Virus record (IMG/VR): IMGVR_UViG_3300009374_000001
Coordinates: 11,248-75,247 of that record
From: a virus
Strand: one strand, 5' to 3'
Length of the DNA: 64,000 nt
In this document: one piece after another, positions 40,819 to 50,175 of the stretch
How the letters are laid out: each line of letters starts with the position of its first letter
Position numbering within the stretch: position 1 is the first letter of the stretch
Program-made: the position numbers and the translations under genes
The notes under the pieces: model-generated
The model's database searches: none
What the model saw: only the letters and a program-made list of their open reading frames with translations
Told to the model about the DNA's origin: nothing

Positions 40819-41166
40819 ATGACTAAAATTTATGAAAACTTTGAAGACTTTGTTTTTAATGAACTTAATAAAGAAATTGATATTGAACTAGTTGATGAAA
40901 GAGTTGAGGTTAAGCGTAAATACACAGATAAATATCCATCTAAATCCATTAACGCAAAAGCAAGAGTTAGAAGTGCAGTGCTAAGTGCAATGAAAGATGG
41001 GATAGTTACTGAAGAGGAACTTGATAATATTATAGCTGCAGCACAGGGCAGTAAAGCATGGAAGCGTAAAAATACTAAGCTTTTTAAAGTTACAGAAGAT
41101 GGCATTAAACTTTCAAAATTTGGTTCACGAATCTATAGAAGAACTCTAGTTACAGAGGAAAAATAA
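40819..41166 (+). CDS. Small basic hypothetical protein with CTS-like leader
   Basis: MTKIYENFEDFVFNE...LVDE, then a basic domain. Confidence 0.55.
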   Translation: MTKIYENFEDFVFNELNKEIDIELVDERVEVKRKYTDKYPSKSINAKARVRSAVLSAMKDGIVTEEELDNIIAAAQGSKAWKRKNTKLFKVTEDGIKLSKFGSRIYRRTLVTEEK

Positions 41167-41588
41167 TGCCATCTAAGTCAATCGCACAGCAGCGTCTGTT
41201 TGGGATGGCTCTTGCATATAGAAGAGGAGAGCTTAAAAAGTTTGAAATATCTCAAGAAGTTATTGATCTTGCAAATTCAATGTCTGAAAAAGACTTAGAA
41301 GATTTCGCTGAAACTAAGCATAAAGATTTACCATACAAAGTTAAAGAAAATATAGAACTTAATGATATTTCAGGTATGGGAGATGTAGCACTACCTAATA
41401 TGCAAACGCATAATATAGGAAGTGGGGATATGCCGTTTGGGCATCATTATTGCAAATGTTTAAATTGCGGCGAAGTTGCAATTAAAGATGAAGAGGTTTC
41501 ATGCGAATTAATGACTTGTCCTGTATGTCAAAATTCTATGGTAAATGAAAGAAAGTATATAAAAAAATATATTGACTATGTTAGATAA
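41166..41588 (+). CDS. DUF3008-like protein with C-terminal zinc ribbon
   Basis: MPSKSIAQQRLFGMALA...MSEKDLEDFAETKHKDLP; CLNC...CPVC. Confidence 0.6.
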   Translation: MPSKSIAQQRLFGMALAYRRGELKKFEISQEVIDLANSMSEKDLEDFAETKHKDLPYKVKENIELNDISGMGDVALPNMQTHNIGSGDMPFGHHYCKCLNCGEVAIKDEEVSCELMTCPVCQNSMVNERKYIKKYIDYVR

Positions 41589-41970
41589 ATTATTAACATT
41601 TTTTACAGGTAATACAATAAAAGAAATAGGAGATGCTGTAGATAATCTTGTTACGAGCGACGAAGAACGTATGAAGCTAAAAACTGAAGTAAAGCAGATT
41701 TTAGTAAATGCAGAAGAAGCTGCGCAAGAACAAGTTTCTGCCAGATGGGAAAGTGATATGAAGCATGGTAGTTTTTTAAGTAAGAATGTTAGACCATTAA
41801 GCTTAATATTTTTAACTTTAATGTTTGTTGTAATATCTATATTTGATGGTAACATTGGGGAATTTCAAATAAATGATTCATATATCCCAGTTTATCAAAC
41901 TCTATTAATGACAGTATATGGTGCATATTTTGCAGGCAGAAGTTTTGAAAAGATTAAAAAATCAGAGTAG
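41572..41970 (+). CDS. Holin (3TM/GTA-holin-like)
   Basis: RWESDM..SFLSKNVRPL, two hydrophobic helices, AYFAGRSFEK. Confidence 0.7.
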   Translation: MTMLDKLLTFFTGNTIKEIGDAVDNLVTSDEERMKLKTEVKQILVNAEEAAQEQVSARWESDMKHGSFLSKNVRPLSLIFLTLMFVVISIFDGNIGEFQINDSYIPVYQTLLMTVYGAYFAGRSFEKIKKSE

Positions 41971-41978
41971 ATAAATAG

Positions 41979-42008
41979 ATAAACAATTACATCATTATTT
42001 TATATAAT
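41979..42008 (+). promoter_or_regulatory. Candidate early/middle promoter ATAAAC-N18-TATAAT
   Basis: Precedes the dUTPase-RNR-polymerase operon. Confidence 0.55.
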
Positions 42009-42024
42009 AATTAAAAATTATTGT

Positions 42025-42480
42025 ATGAAATTTTATAAATTAAGAGATGTTAAAAGTCCGGTTCGTGGCACAAAAGAAAGTGCAGGATTGGACTTTTTTA
42101 TACCAGATGATTGGAATGATGGTAATACTAAATTAGTAAAACCAGGTGAAAGCTTATTAATACCGAGCGGTATTAAAGCAAATGTCCCTAAAGGATTTGC
42201 ATTAATAGCTTTTAATAAATCAGGAATTGCAGTTAAAAAACAATTATATGTAGGTGCTTGTGTAGTAGATGAAGATTACCAAGGAGAAATTCACATTAAT
42301 GTAAGCAATGTATCTAGGGATACTGTAACAGAGGTTAGCCCTGGGGATAAAATCATGCAATTTTTATTATTACCTATAAATTATGAATTACCAATCGAGG
42401 TAAATTCAGAAGAAGAATTATGGAAAGACAAAGCCAGTGAAAGAGGCACTGGTGGCTTTGGATCAACTGGAACAAATTAA
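42025..42480 (+). CDS. dut: Trimeric dUTPase
   Basis: SAGLDF, KSGIA, VVDEDYQGEI, MQFL and RGTGGFGSTG. Confidence 0.95.
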   Translation: MKFYKLRDVKSPVRGTKESAGLDFFIPDDWNDGNTKLVKPGESLLIPSGIKANVPKGFALIAFNKSGIAVKKQLYVGACVVDEDYQGEIHINVSNVSRDTVTEVSPGDKIMQFLLLPINYELPIEVNSEEELWKDKASERGTGGFGSTGTN

Positions 42481-42494
42481 CGTAAAGAATATAA

Positions 42495-44996
42495 ATGACA
42501 GTAATTGACGTTGGGCATTCATCAGAATTATTAATTGACTATTTTAATGGAGATGAATTAGCAGCAAATACTTTTTTGAATAAATATGCACTTCGAGATG
42601 AAGATGGTAATTTACTAGAGCATCACCCAGATGAAATGCATATGAGACTTTCAAGAGAATTTGCAAGAATAGAACGAAAGTATAAAAACCCATATAGTAA
42701 AGATGAGATATATGATTTACTAAAAGACTTTAAGTATCTTGTACCACAAGGAAGTCCGATGTTTGGGATTGGTAATAAGCACCAAGTCATTTCATTGTCA
42801 AATTGCTTTGTGATTGGTAATGGTGCTGATTCTTATGGCGGTATTACAATGGTTGATGAAGAGCAGATACAGCTTATGAAACGAAGAGGTGGTGTAGGCC
42901 ATGATCTTTCTCATATAAGACCTAATAAAACTAAAGTGCATAATTCTGCAATGACCTCAACCGGTTTAAAGCCATTCATGCAGCGATTTTCAAATTCAAC
43001 TAGAGAAGTTGCACAAGGAGGTCGAAGAGGAGCACTAATGCTCACGCTTGATATTAGACATCCAGACGTTGAAAGTTTTATTGATGCAAAGATGAATAAG
43101 ATTGACATAACTGGTGCTAATATTTCATTAAAATTAAGTGATGAATTCATGAGAGCTGTTGATGCTAATAAAACATTTAAGCTTCAATATCCAGTAGAAT
43201 CTGAAAATCCGAAGATAGAACTTGATATTGACGCAAAGTCTTTATGGGATCATATTATCAATAATGTTTGGTCAAGCGCAGAACCTGGTATATTTTTCTG
43301 GGATAAAGTGCTAAGCGAGTCACCAGCAGATATGTATGCAGAAGAAGGCTTTAGAACTATCTCCAGCAATCCCTGCGGTGAGCTCCCTCTCTGTCCTTAT
43401 GATTCTTGTAGACTTTTAGCTATAAATTTATCAAGTTATGTTGAAAACGAATTTACAGAAGATGCAAGTTTTGATTTTGATTTATTGGCAGAACACACAA
43501 AGATTGGTCAAAGACTTTTAGATGATATGATTGACTTAGAAATTGAAAAGATTAATGCAATTTTAAGAAAGATAAGTTCTGACCCTGAGAACAATAGTAT
43601 TAAAAGAGTTGAAAGAGAACTTTGGCAAAAGATAAAAGAAAAGGCTATACAAGGAAGAAGAACTGGGTTAGGTGTAACTGCAGAAGGCGATATGCTTGCA
43701 TATATGAATATGCAATATGGCTCAGATGAGGCAATAAAATTCTCAGAACAGGTTCATAAGTTAATAGCGGTTAGTTCATACGTAAGTTCTATAGAGCTTG
43801 CTAAAGAAAGAGGCTCATTTCCAATTTGGGATTATGACACAGAGAAAGAAAATGATTTTCTTAAACGAATCGATATGAATTTATCTATGCAACAAAGAAA
43901 AGATTATAAAAGATATGGTAGGAGAAATATTGCAAACCTAACTCTTGCGCCTACTGGTACTGTAAGCATGATGACTCAGACTACATCAGGGATTGAACCG
44001 GTATTTCTTATTCAATATACAAGAAGAAAGAAAGTAAACCCAAATGAAATTGCAACATCAGATTTTGTAGATGATCTAGGCGATGCATGGACAGAGCATA
44101 CTGTATTTCATAATGGTTTTAAAAGATGGATGAATATAAATGGGATATTTGGTGAGCTTAATGATGAAGAGATAGAAAAATTTGTAAAAGAATCCCCATA
44201 TTACAAAGCAACATCAAATGACATTAACTGGGTTCAAAAAGTTAAAATGCAAGGCGTAATACAAAAATGGATAGATCACTCAATTTCAGTTACAGTGAAT
44301 GTACCACAAGATACTAAAAAGTCAACAGTAAATGAGGTTTATATGACTGCATGGAAAGCTGGATGTAAAGGTGTAACTTTATATAGAGAAGGGAGTAGAA
44401 GTGGTGTACTAATTGCAAAAGAAAAGAAAGAAGAAGAAAAGTTTGAAAAAATGGCAGCAGTTGAAAGACCTAAGACATTAGAGTGCGATATACACCACAG
44501 AATAGCAACGGGGGAGGCGTGGTTGGTTATTGTAGGAAAGTTATTGGATAAGCCTTATGAAATATTTGCATTTAGAAAATGGACAGAAGATGAAGAGTCT
44601 GAAGATAAATTTAATCTGCCACGTTATATCAAGCTAGGCAGACTTGAAAAGAGGTCTCATGGGAAATATGATTTAATTTGTGGTAAAAACGATAACTTCA
44701 TCGTAAAGGATATTACAAACCTGTTTAAATCAGAGGAAGAAGAAGCATTAACAAGATTAATTTCATCTGCGCTTCGACATAGAATGGGCGTTGAATATAT
44801 CGTCGATCAATTAAATAAAGTCCCATCGAATATTACAAGTTTTAGTAAAGTTGTTGCTAGAACGCTGAAACAATATATCACAGAAGATATAGAATTAATA
44901 AATAAAACATGTACAGAATGCGAAGATCCTGACGGACTAATTATTCAAGATGGATGTTTAAGTTGCAAAAGTTGTGGTTTTAGTAAATGTGGATAA
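42495..44996 (+). CDS. nrdJ: Class II (adenosylcobalamin-dependent) ribonucleotide reductase
   Basis: SLSNCFV, QGGRRGALM, SNPCGELPL, APTGTVS and GCKGVTLYR; C-terminal domain with CxxC...CxxC...SKCG. Confidence 0.9.
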   Translation: MTVIDVGHSSELLIDYFNGDELAANTFLNKYALRDEDGNLLEHHPDEMHMRLSREFARIERKYKNPYSKDEIYDLLKDFKYLVPQGSPMFGIGNKHQVISLSNCFVIGNGADSYGGITMVDEEQIQLMKRRGGVGHDLSHIRPNKTKVHNSAMTSTGLKPFMQRFSNSTREVAQGGRRGALMLTLDIRHPDVESFIDAKMNKIDITGANISLKLSDEFMRAVDANKTFKLQYPVESENPKIELDIDAKSLWDHIINNVWSSAEPGIFFWDKVLSESPADMYAEEGFRTISSNPCGELPLCPYDSCRLLAINLSSYVENEFTEDASFDFDLLAEHTKIGQRLLDDMIDLEIEKINAILRKISSDPENNSIKRVERELWQKIKEKAIQGRRTGLGVTAEGDMLAYMNMQYGSDEAIKFSEQVHKLIAVSSYVSSIELAKERGSFPIWDYDTEKENDFLKRIDMNLSMQQRKDYKRYGRRNIANLTLAPTGTVSMMTQTTSGIEPVFLIQYTRRKKVNPNEIATSDFVDDLGDAWTEHTVFHNGFKRWMNINGIFGELNDEEIEKFVKESPYYKATSNDINWVQKVKMQGVIQKWIDHSISVTVNVPQDTKKSTVNEVYMTAWKAGCKGVTLYREGSRSGVLIAKEKKEEEKFEKMAAVERPKTLECDIHHRIATGEAWLVIVGKLLDKPYEIFAFRKWTEDEESEDKFNLPRYIKLGRLEKRSHGKYDLICGKNDNFIVKDITNLFKSEEEEALTRLISSALRHRMGVEYIVDQLNKVPSNITSFSKVVARTLKQYITEDIELINKTCTECEDPDGLIIQDGCLSCKSCGFSKCG

Positions 44997-45006
44997 AGGA
45001 ATTTAA

Positions 45007-46410
45007 ATGCTATTAAGTATTGAGCAAGATGATAATAGATTAACTGTTTCGTATTATGATAAAGAAGGTGAAACAGCATATAAGATATATGATTTAAATC
45101 AATTTAAAAATTGGTATGTTTGTCATGATGGTGATAGATATAAATCTGATATTTACACGAATTGGGATGGGAGACCTGTTAAACAAGCAAATGCAAAGTT
45201 TTTAAATAAACATAGTATTATTGATTTTTTGCAAACTCTGCCTCAAGAAGATAAAGACTTAATTTTTGCACACAATTATCCAAAGATGTATTTTATGGAT
45301 ATTGAAGTTGAAGTAACTGATGGCTTCCCAGAAGCAAAAAAAGCAGAAAATAGAATTATTACAGTTTCTATAGCAACGCCTGATAAAGAAATTATAATCT
45401 TAGGGTTAAAAGATCTTTCTCCTAATGAAATCACAAATATCGAAATTGATATACATAATCATTTTCTTAAAGTTACAGATGATACTTGGAAATTAAAGTA
45501 TATTAAGTTTAATTCTGAGTATGATATGGTATATACGCTATTGACTAAATATATAAGTAAATTGCCCATTATATCTGGGTGGAATTTCATAAGCTACGAT
45601 TGGACATATATTATTAATCGCTGCTATAGATTACAAATAAACCCAGATATTGCAAGCCCTTCATTAAAACTAGAAGGTGCTGATAACACGCCAATGCATG
45701 TTGGTATTGTAGATTATATGAGACTCTATCATCAGTATGATAGGACAGTAAAAGTTAAAGAATCATCAACTTTAGCGCATGTTTCGAATATAGTACTTGG
45801 TGTATCTAAAGTTAAAAACAATATGAATCTTAAATTACTATATGAGCAGAAATATGCTCAATATGTTTTTTACAATGCCGTTGATTCTATATTAGTTCAT
45901 ATGCTTGATCAAAAGCTCAAGCTAGCAGATGTGCTATATACAGTTGCAAGTATGACTAAATCAACTTTATACAGAGCAAGTTCTCCTGTTACTATAACAG
46001 AAAGTCTTTTGCTACCGCTATTTAAGCAAAATAACAAGGTATTAGCAAGAGATAATGCTGAAAAACAGAAAAAAATAAAGTACACTGGCGCGTACGTTAA
46101 AGCACCGAAGGTCGGGTTTCATAAGGGCGTTGCTTGTTTTGACTTTGCAAGTCTATATCCATCTATGATGAGACAATTTAACATATCTCCAGAAAATTTA
46201 AAAAATAAGGTGCCTCCAGTAGCTGTTGAAAAAACTAAAAATGAAAGTAATATAGTAACTATTAATGGCTGCGTCTTTGATAAAGAAGACTCATATCTTA
46301 GAATGATTTTAACAGCTCTATATGCTAAGCGAAAAGAGTATAAGGGAAAAGCGTTTAACGCAAAGTTAAAAATGGAAAAAATAAAGAAACAATTAAAAGA
46401 AATTAAATAA
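45007..46410 (+). CDS. Family B DNA polymerase, N-terminal subunit (exonuclease, motif A, first finger helix)
   Basis: MDIEV, GWNFISYD, YNAVD, YTGAYV and FDFASLYPS; ends after KRKEYK. Confidence 0.9.
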   Translation: MLLSIEQDDNRLTVSYYDKEGETAYKIYDLNQFKNWYVCHDGDRYKSDIYTNWDGRPVKQANAKFLNKHSIIDFLQTLPQEDKDLIFAHNYPKMYFMDIEVEVTDGFPEAKKAENRIITVSIATPDKEIIILGLKDLSPNEITNIEIDIHNHFLKVTDDTWKLKYIKFNSEYDMVYTLLTKYISKLPIISGWNFISYDWTYIINRCYRLQINPDIASPSLKLEGADNTPMHVGIVDYMRLYHQYDRTVKVKESSTLAHVSNIVLGVSKVKNNMNLKLLYEQKYAQYVFYNAVDSILVHMLDQKLKLADVLYTVASMTKSTLYRASSPVTITESLLLPLFKQNNKVLARDNAEKQKKIKYTGAYVKAPKVGFHKGVACFDFASLYPSMMRQFNISPENLKNKVPPVAVEKTKNESNIVTINGCVFDKEDSYLRMILTALYAKRKEYKGKAFNAKLKMEKIKKQLKEIK

Positions 46411-46429
46411 AATAAAACAAACACATAAT

Positions 46430-46606
46430 ATGAAAGCATATGAAAAGTTAGTAGAAACGCTACAGAACACTGATAAAGATGTTTACAAATTTTATGAAAA
46501 GGGCAATAGCTCAGCTGGAACTCGTATTCGTAAAGCAATGCAAGAAGTTAAAAGATTAGCACAAGAACTGCGTGTTGATATTCAAAATGTTAAAAATGCA
46601 AAATAA
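46430..46606 (+). CDS. Histone H1-like (Hc1-family) small DNA-binding protein, absent from the ORF track
   Basis: Hand translation MKAYEKLVETLQNTDKDVYKFYEKGNSSAGTRIRKAMQEVKRLAQELRVDIQNVKNAK; KGNxxAGTRxRK motif. Confidence 0.75.
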   Translation: MKAYEKLVETLQNTDKDVYKFYEKGNSSAGTRIRKAMQEVKRLAQELRVDIQNVKNAK

Positions 46607-46618
46607 AGAAAGTAATAA

Positions 46619-47386
46619 ATGTTAAATTTAAAAATAGACAAAATAAATGTAGCTCAACTTTCAGAATTCATCAGTTCTGTTATAAGCATCTCAGAGTTTG
46701 TGTATATGAGAATCATTGGTGATGAGCTAATATCAACTTGCTATTTGCCACAAAAAGATGCAGTAAAACAGCATAGAGCAAATCTGAATGATGTATTTAC
46801 TTTCAGTAGTGACTTTAGTAAAATAGAATCTAAAGTTGTTAAAGTGGCGTTTTTTGATGGCATAAAAGTATTAAAAGCTTTATCGCATTTTTCTGGAAAA
46901 GAAATTTCTGGTATATTAACATTAAGCGAAGAAGATGAATCATATACAGGTTCATCATTGATGCTGGTAAGTGATAATTTAACTATAGAACTTGCGTGCG
47001 CAGAACCCACGCTAGGTTTTACAGATATACCAGAAGATAAGCTAAATGGGATATTATCCGCAAATAATTATAAGTTTAATTTTACATTAGAACATGAAAT
47101 GATTAATAAACTTAAATCATTATTTAAGCTCGAATCAGATAAAGATACATTTAAAGTTCATTTAAAAGACAATAAAGTAAACATTATTGGCAATATGTAT
47201 AATATTGCTGCTGCTGATGTAGATAGTTTGAATACGACCAGTGAATATGAAACTACCCTTTACAAAAAGTATATTTCATTGTTAGGAAAATATAACTATA
47301 AAACGTCAGTATGTGAGAATAAACTAGTGTTTGAATCGCCAGATAAAAATACAACATTAACTGTAGCAGTATGTGAAGAAAATTAA
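46619..47386 (+). CDS. Sliding clamp, gp45-like (tentative)
   Basis: 255 aa with a two-domain alternating alpha/beta pattern; lies between the polymerase halves. Confidence 0.55.
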   Translation: MLNLKIDKINVAQLSEFISSVISISEFVYMRIIGDELISTCYLPQKDAVKQHRANLNDVFTFSSDFSKIESKVVKVAFFDGIKVLKALSHFSGKEISGILTLSEEDESYTGSSLMLVSDNLTIELACAEPTLGFTDIPEDKLNGILSANNYKFNFTLEHEMINKLKSLFKLESDKDTFKVHLKDNKVNIIGNMYNIAAADVDSLNTTSEYETTLYKKYISLLGKYNYKTSVCENKLVFESPDKNTTLTVAVCEEN

Positions 47387-47402
47387 GTCTTAGGGTTTAT
47401 TA

Positions 47403-48548
47403 ATGAACTTAAATGACTTATCAAAAGAAGATCTAAAGCACCAATACGATATAGCAGAATCAGAATCTTTAAAATTTAGAAATTATGAACAAGCTGTAAA
47501 GTTAATTTTAAACTCAATGTATGGAGCTTTTGGCAATAACTATTTTCATTTTTTTAATATTGACTTAGCAGAAGCAATTACACTACAGTGCCAAGATGCA
47601 ATATTGTATACTGAGGTTGCTATCAATAAATATTTTAATGATTTTTGGCATAAAGATAAGGAATTACATAAATTATTAGATATTGAAGTTACTGATTCAA
47701 TTAAGGACGCCGTAGTTATATATATTGATACAGATTCTTGTTATGTTTCATTTGAAGAAGTTTATCAAAATGCAAATTATGATGGTGATGTAACAGAATT
47801 CATTAAAGACATATATGAATATAGATTAAAAAACTATATTAAAAATGTACTTTATAAATATTCGGATAAATGGAACACTGATTCTTTTTTAAAGTTTGAA
47901 TTAGAAACTATTGCATATTCTGCAATTTGGCTATCAAAAAAGAAATATATTCAAAACATTGCATGGGAAGATCCTGGCATTGATCATAACAAGTTAGAAT
48001 TTATTAAAGCTACAGGTTTTGAAATTGTCCAATCATCAAGCCCTAGCTTTGTAAGAACTAAATTAAAAGAAGCTTTAATTTTAATGTTTAAAGATGATAA
48101 TCCAAATTTAAGTGAACTTGTTTCATTTCTTAAAGATGTTAAGAAAGAATTTAAGTTAGCAAATATTGAAGAAATTAGCTTTAGTAAACGAGTCAATAAC
48201 ATTGAAAAATACATTATAGATGATTATTCACATTTTGAAGTTGCAAAATCTTGCCCAATAAATGTAAGAGCAGCAGGGTATTATAATTATCTTTTAAACA
48301 ATTCAGAATATAAGAGTAAGTATCATAATATACCAAGTGGTGAAAAAGTTAGAATATATTTTACAGATGACAATTTATCTAACGTATTTGCATTTATGCC
48401 TGATGAGCATCCGTATGAATTTGCACCTAACGTTGACTATGATTTGCAATTTGAAAAGTCAATATTAGATCCGCTGAACAGAGTTATTAAAGCAGTAGGT
48501 TTAAAGACTCTTAATTCGAACTTAATTTATGCAAAAACACTTTTTTAA
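47403..48548 (+). CDS. Family B DNA polymerase, C-terminal subunit (motifs B and C, thumb)
   Basis: KLILNSMYG, YIDTDS, KKKY and GFEIVQSS. Confidence 0.9.
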   Translation: MNLNDLSKEDLKHQYDIAESESLKFRNYEQAVKLILNSMYGAFGNNYFHFFNIDLAEAITLQCQDAILYTEVAINKYFNDFWHKDKELHKLLDIEVTDSIKDAVVIYIDTDSCYVSFEEVYQNANYDGDVTEFIKDIYEYRLKNYIKNVLYKYSDKWNTDSFLKFELETIAYSAIWLSKKKYIQNIAWEDPGIDHNKLEFIKATGFEIVQSSSPSFVRTKLKEALILMFKDDNPNLSELVSFLKDVKKEFKLANIEEISFSKRVNNIEKYIIDDYSHFEVAKSCPINVRAAGYYNYLLNNSEYKSKYHNIPSGEKVRIYFTDDNLSNVFAFMPDEHPYEFAPNVDYDLQFEKSILDPLNRVIKAVGLKTLNSNLIYAKTLF

Positions 48549-48550
48549 GG

Positions 48551-48736
48551 AGACTATATGAAATTAACTTTGAAGACCAAAAACAAAATTTAGACTTAAT
48601 GATGAATACTATTAAGTCCGTATATAAGGAATATACTAAAGTACCAATGAAAAAACTAGATGAGATATTAAAACATGATTTGCTATGGGACGCTGAAACT
48701 TGCAAATCAATGGGTCTTATCGATAAAATAATATAA
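48551..48736 (+). pseudogene. C-terminal remnant of a ClpP-like protease
   Basis: Hand translation ...FEDQKQNLDLMMNTIKSVYKEYTKVPMKKLDEILKHDLLWDAETCKSMGLIDKII*; the catalytic Ser/His region is absent. Confidence 0.65.
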
Positions 48737-48746
48737 GGATAAACTT

Positions 48747-49886
48747 ATGGCAAAATCAAAATTTTCATTTGATGATTTAAACGCTGAACTAGAAAAGTCA
48801 TCAACGACATTTAGTTTAGGAACTAGAATGGATAAATCTACATTCGCAGATGTAACTGAATTTATAAATACAGGAAATTATGCACTAAACGCATGTCTTT
48901 CAGGTTCATTATTTAAGGGTTGGCCAAATAATAGAACTATGGCCATTGCAGGACCAAGCGGTACTGGAAAAACATTTTTAGTATTAAATTCAATTAGAGA
49001 AGCAATCAGGATGGGCTATAACATTGTATTTTATGACTCTGAAGCTGCAGTGGATAAAGAACTTATGGCTAAATTTAATATTGATACTACAAAAGTTCGA
49101 TATGAACCAGTCGCGACAGTTCAAGAATTTAGAACAAAAATTACTGGGCTTACAGATTTTGTGCAAAAGAGACTTCGTAAGAATGAAGATGTGCCGAAGT
49201 TAATGGTTATTTTGGATTCAGCTGGAAGTCTTGCAACAGATAAAGAAGTTGATGATGCAATAACAGGTTCTAGCAAAGCTGATATGACAAGAGCAAAAGT
49301 ACTAAAAAGCATATTTAGAATCATTACAGTAAGATTAGCAGAATGTAAAATACCTATGATATTTACAAATCATACGTATATGACACAGAGCTTTATTAGC
49401 CAATCAGTTGCAGGCGGTGGAACAGGCCCTGAATATTCTGCTTCGATTATTTTATTCTTGACAAAGGCACAGCTAAAAGAAAAAGATGTAAAAGCAGGAA
49501 TTATTGTTACTGCAAAGCCAAACAAGAATAGATTTGCAAAACCTAACCCTATAAAATTTCATATTCATTATACTAAAGGGATGAATCCTTATGTCGGGCT
49601 TGAGCAGTATATTGATTGGAAAGATATTGGTATTGCCAAGGGAAAGATAGTAAAAGGCGAAAAGGTTTTAGTCAAAACAGCTAGGCAATGGATCTGTAAG
49701 CATCTTGATGAAACAGTTTCAAATGCAGATTTTTTTACAAGCAAAGTATTTACACAAGAAGTACTTGAAAAAATAAATGAAAAAATCCAGCTATTATTTA
49801 ATTATGGTGATGTTGAAGATCATGAGACGACTGAAGATTTTTTAAGCCAAACTAAAGAAGTTGATGAAGAAGAAGCTAACGTTTAA
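48747..49886 (+). CDS. uvsX: RecA-like recombinase UvsX
   Basis: AGPSGTGKT, YDSE, ILDS, FTNHTY and GGGTG. Confidence 0.92.
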   Translation: MAKSKFSFDDLNAELEKSSTTFSLGTRMDKSTFADVTEFINTGNYALNACLSGSLFKGWPNNRTMAIAGPSGTGKTFLVLNSIREAIRMGYNIVFYDSEAAVDKELMAKFNIDTTKVRYEPVATVQEFRTKITGLTDFVQKRLRKNEDVPKLMVILDSAGSLATDKEVDDAITGSSKADMTRAKVLKSIFRIITVRLAECKIPMIFTNHTYMTQSFISQSVAGGGTGPEYSASIILFLTKAQLKEKDVKAGIIVTAKPNKNRFAKPNPIKFHIHYTKGMNPYVGLEQYIDWKDIGIAKGKIVKGEKVLVKTARQWICKHLDETVSNADFFTSKVFTQEVLEKINEKIQLLFNYGDVEDHETTEDFLSQTKEVDEEEANV

Positions 49887-50175
49887 TAGAGATAAATTCA
49901 AAATTAAACACATATTAGGTATTGAGAAAGAATTAGATTCATGGCCAGATGCAAATGATTTAATTTATATACTCATTAAAAAGAAGCATGATCATATTAG
50001 ATGGAACGGGAGTATGAGCTTCTCAGATATTAAAATTAAACACTCATATATTAGAGGCTTTGATGATAAAGTTGATGTAGCAATTGAAGATCTTATAAAA
50101 CAAGGGATAATTAAACTAGTAAGCGAAACAGAGGATAAGAAACAATATATGATAATTAAAAACCCATTCGAATAA
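49864..50175 (+). CDS. Hypothetical protein, possibly winged-helix
   Basis: VDVAIEDLIKQGIIKLV...KKQYMI C-terminal pattern; ATG at 49864. Confidence 0.5.
   Translation: MKKKLTFNRDKFKIKHILGIEKELDSWPDANDLIYILIKKKHDHIRWNGSMSFSDIKIKHSYIRGFDDKVDVAIEDLIKQGIIKLVSETEDKKQYMIIKNPFE

Noticed and set aside
46410-47403. Intein or self-splicing intron explaining the split polymerase
   Set aside because: No Cys/Ser...His-Asn intein ends or homing-endonuclease motifs; the gap is filled by two ordinary genes.
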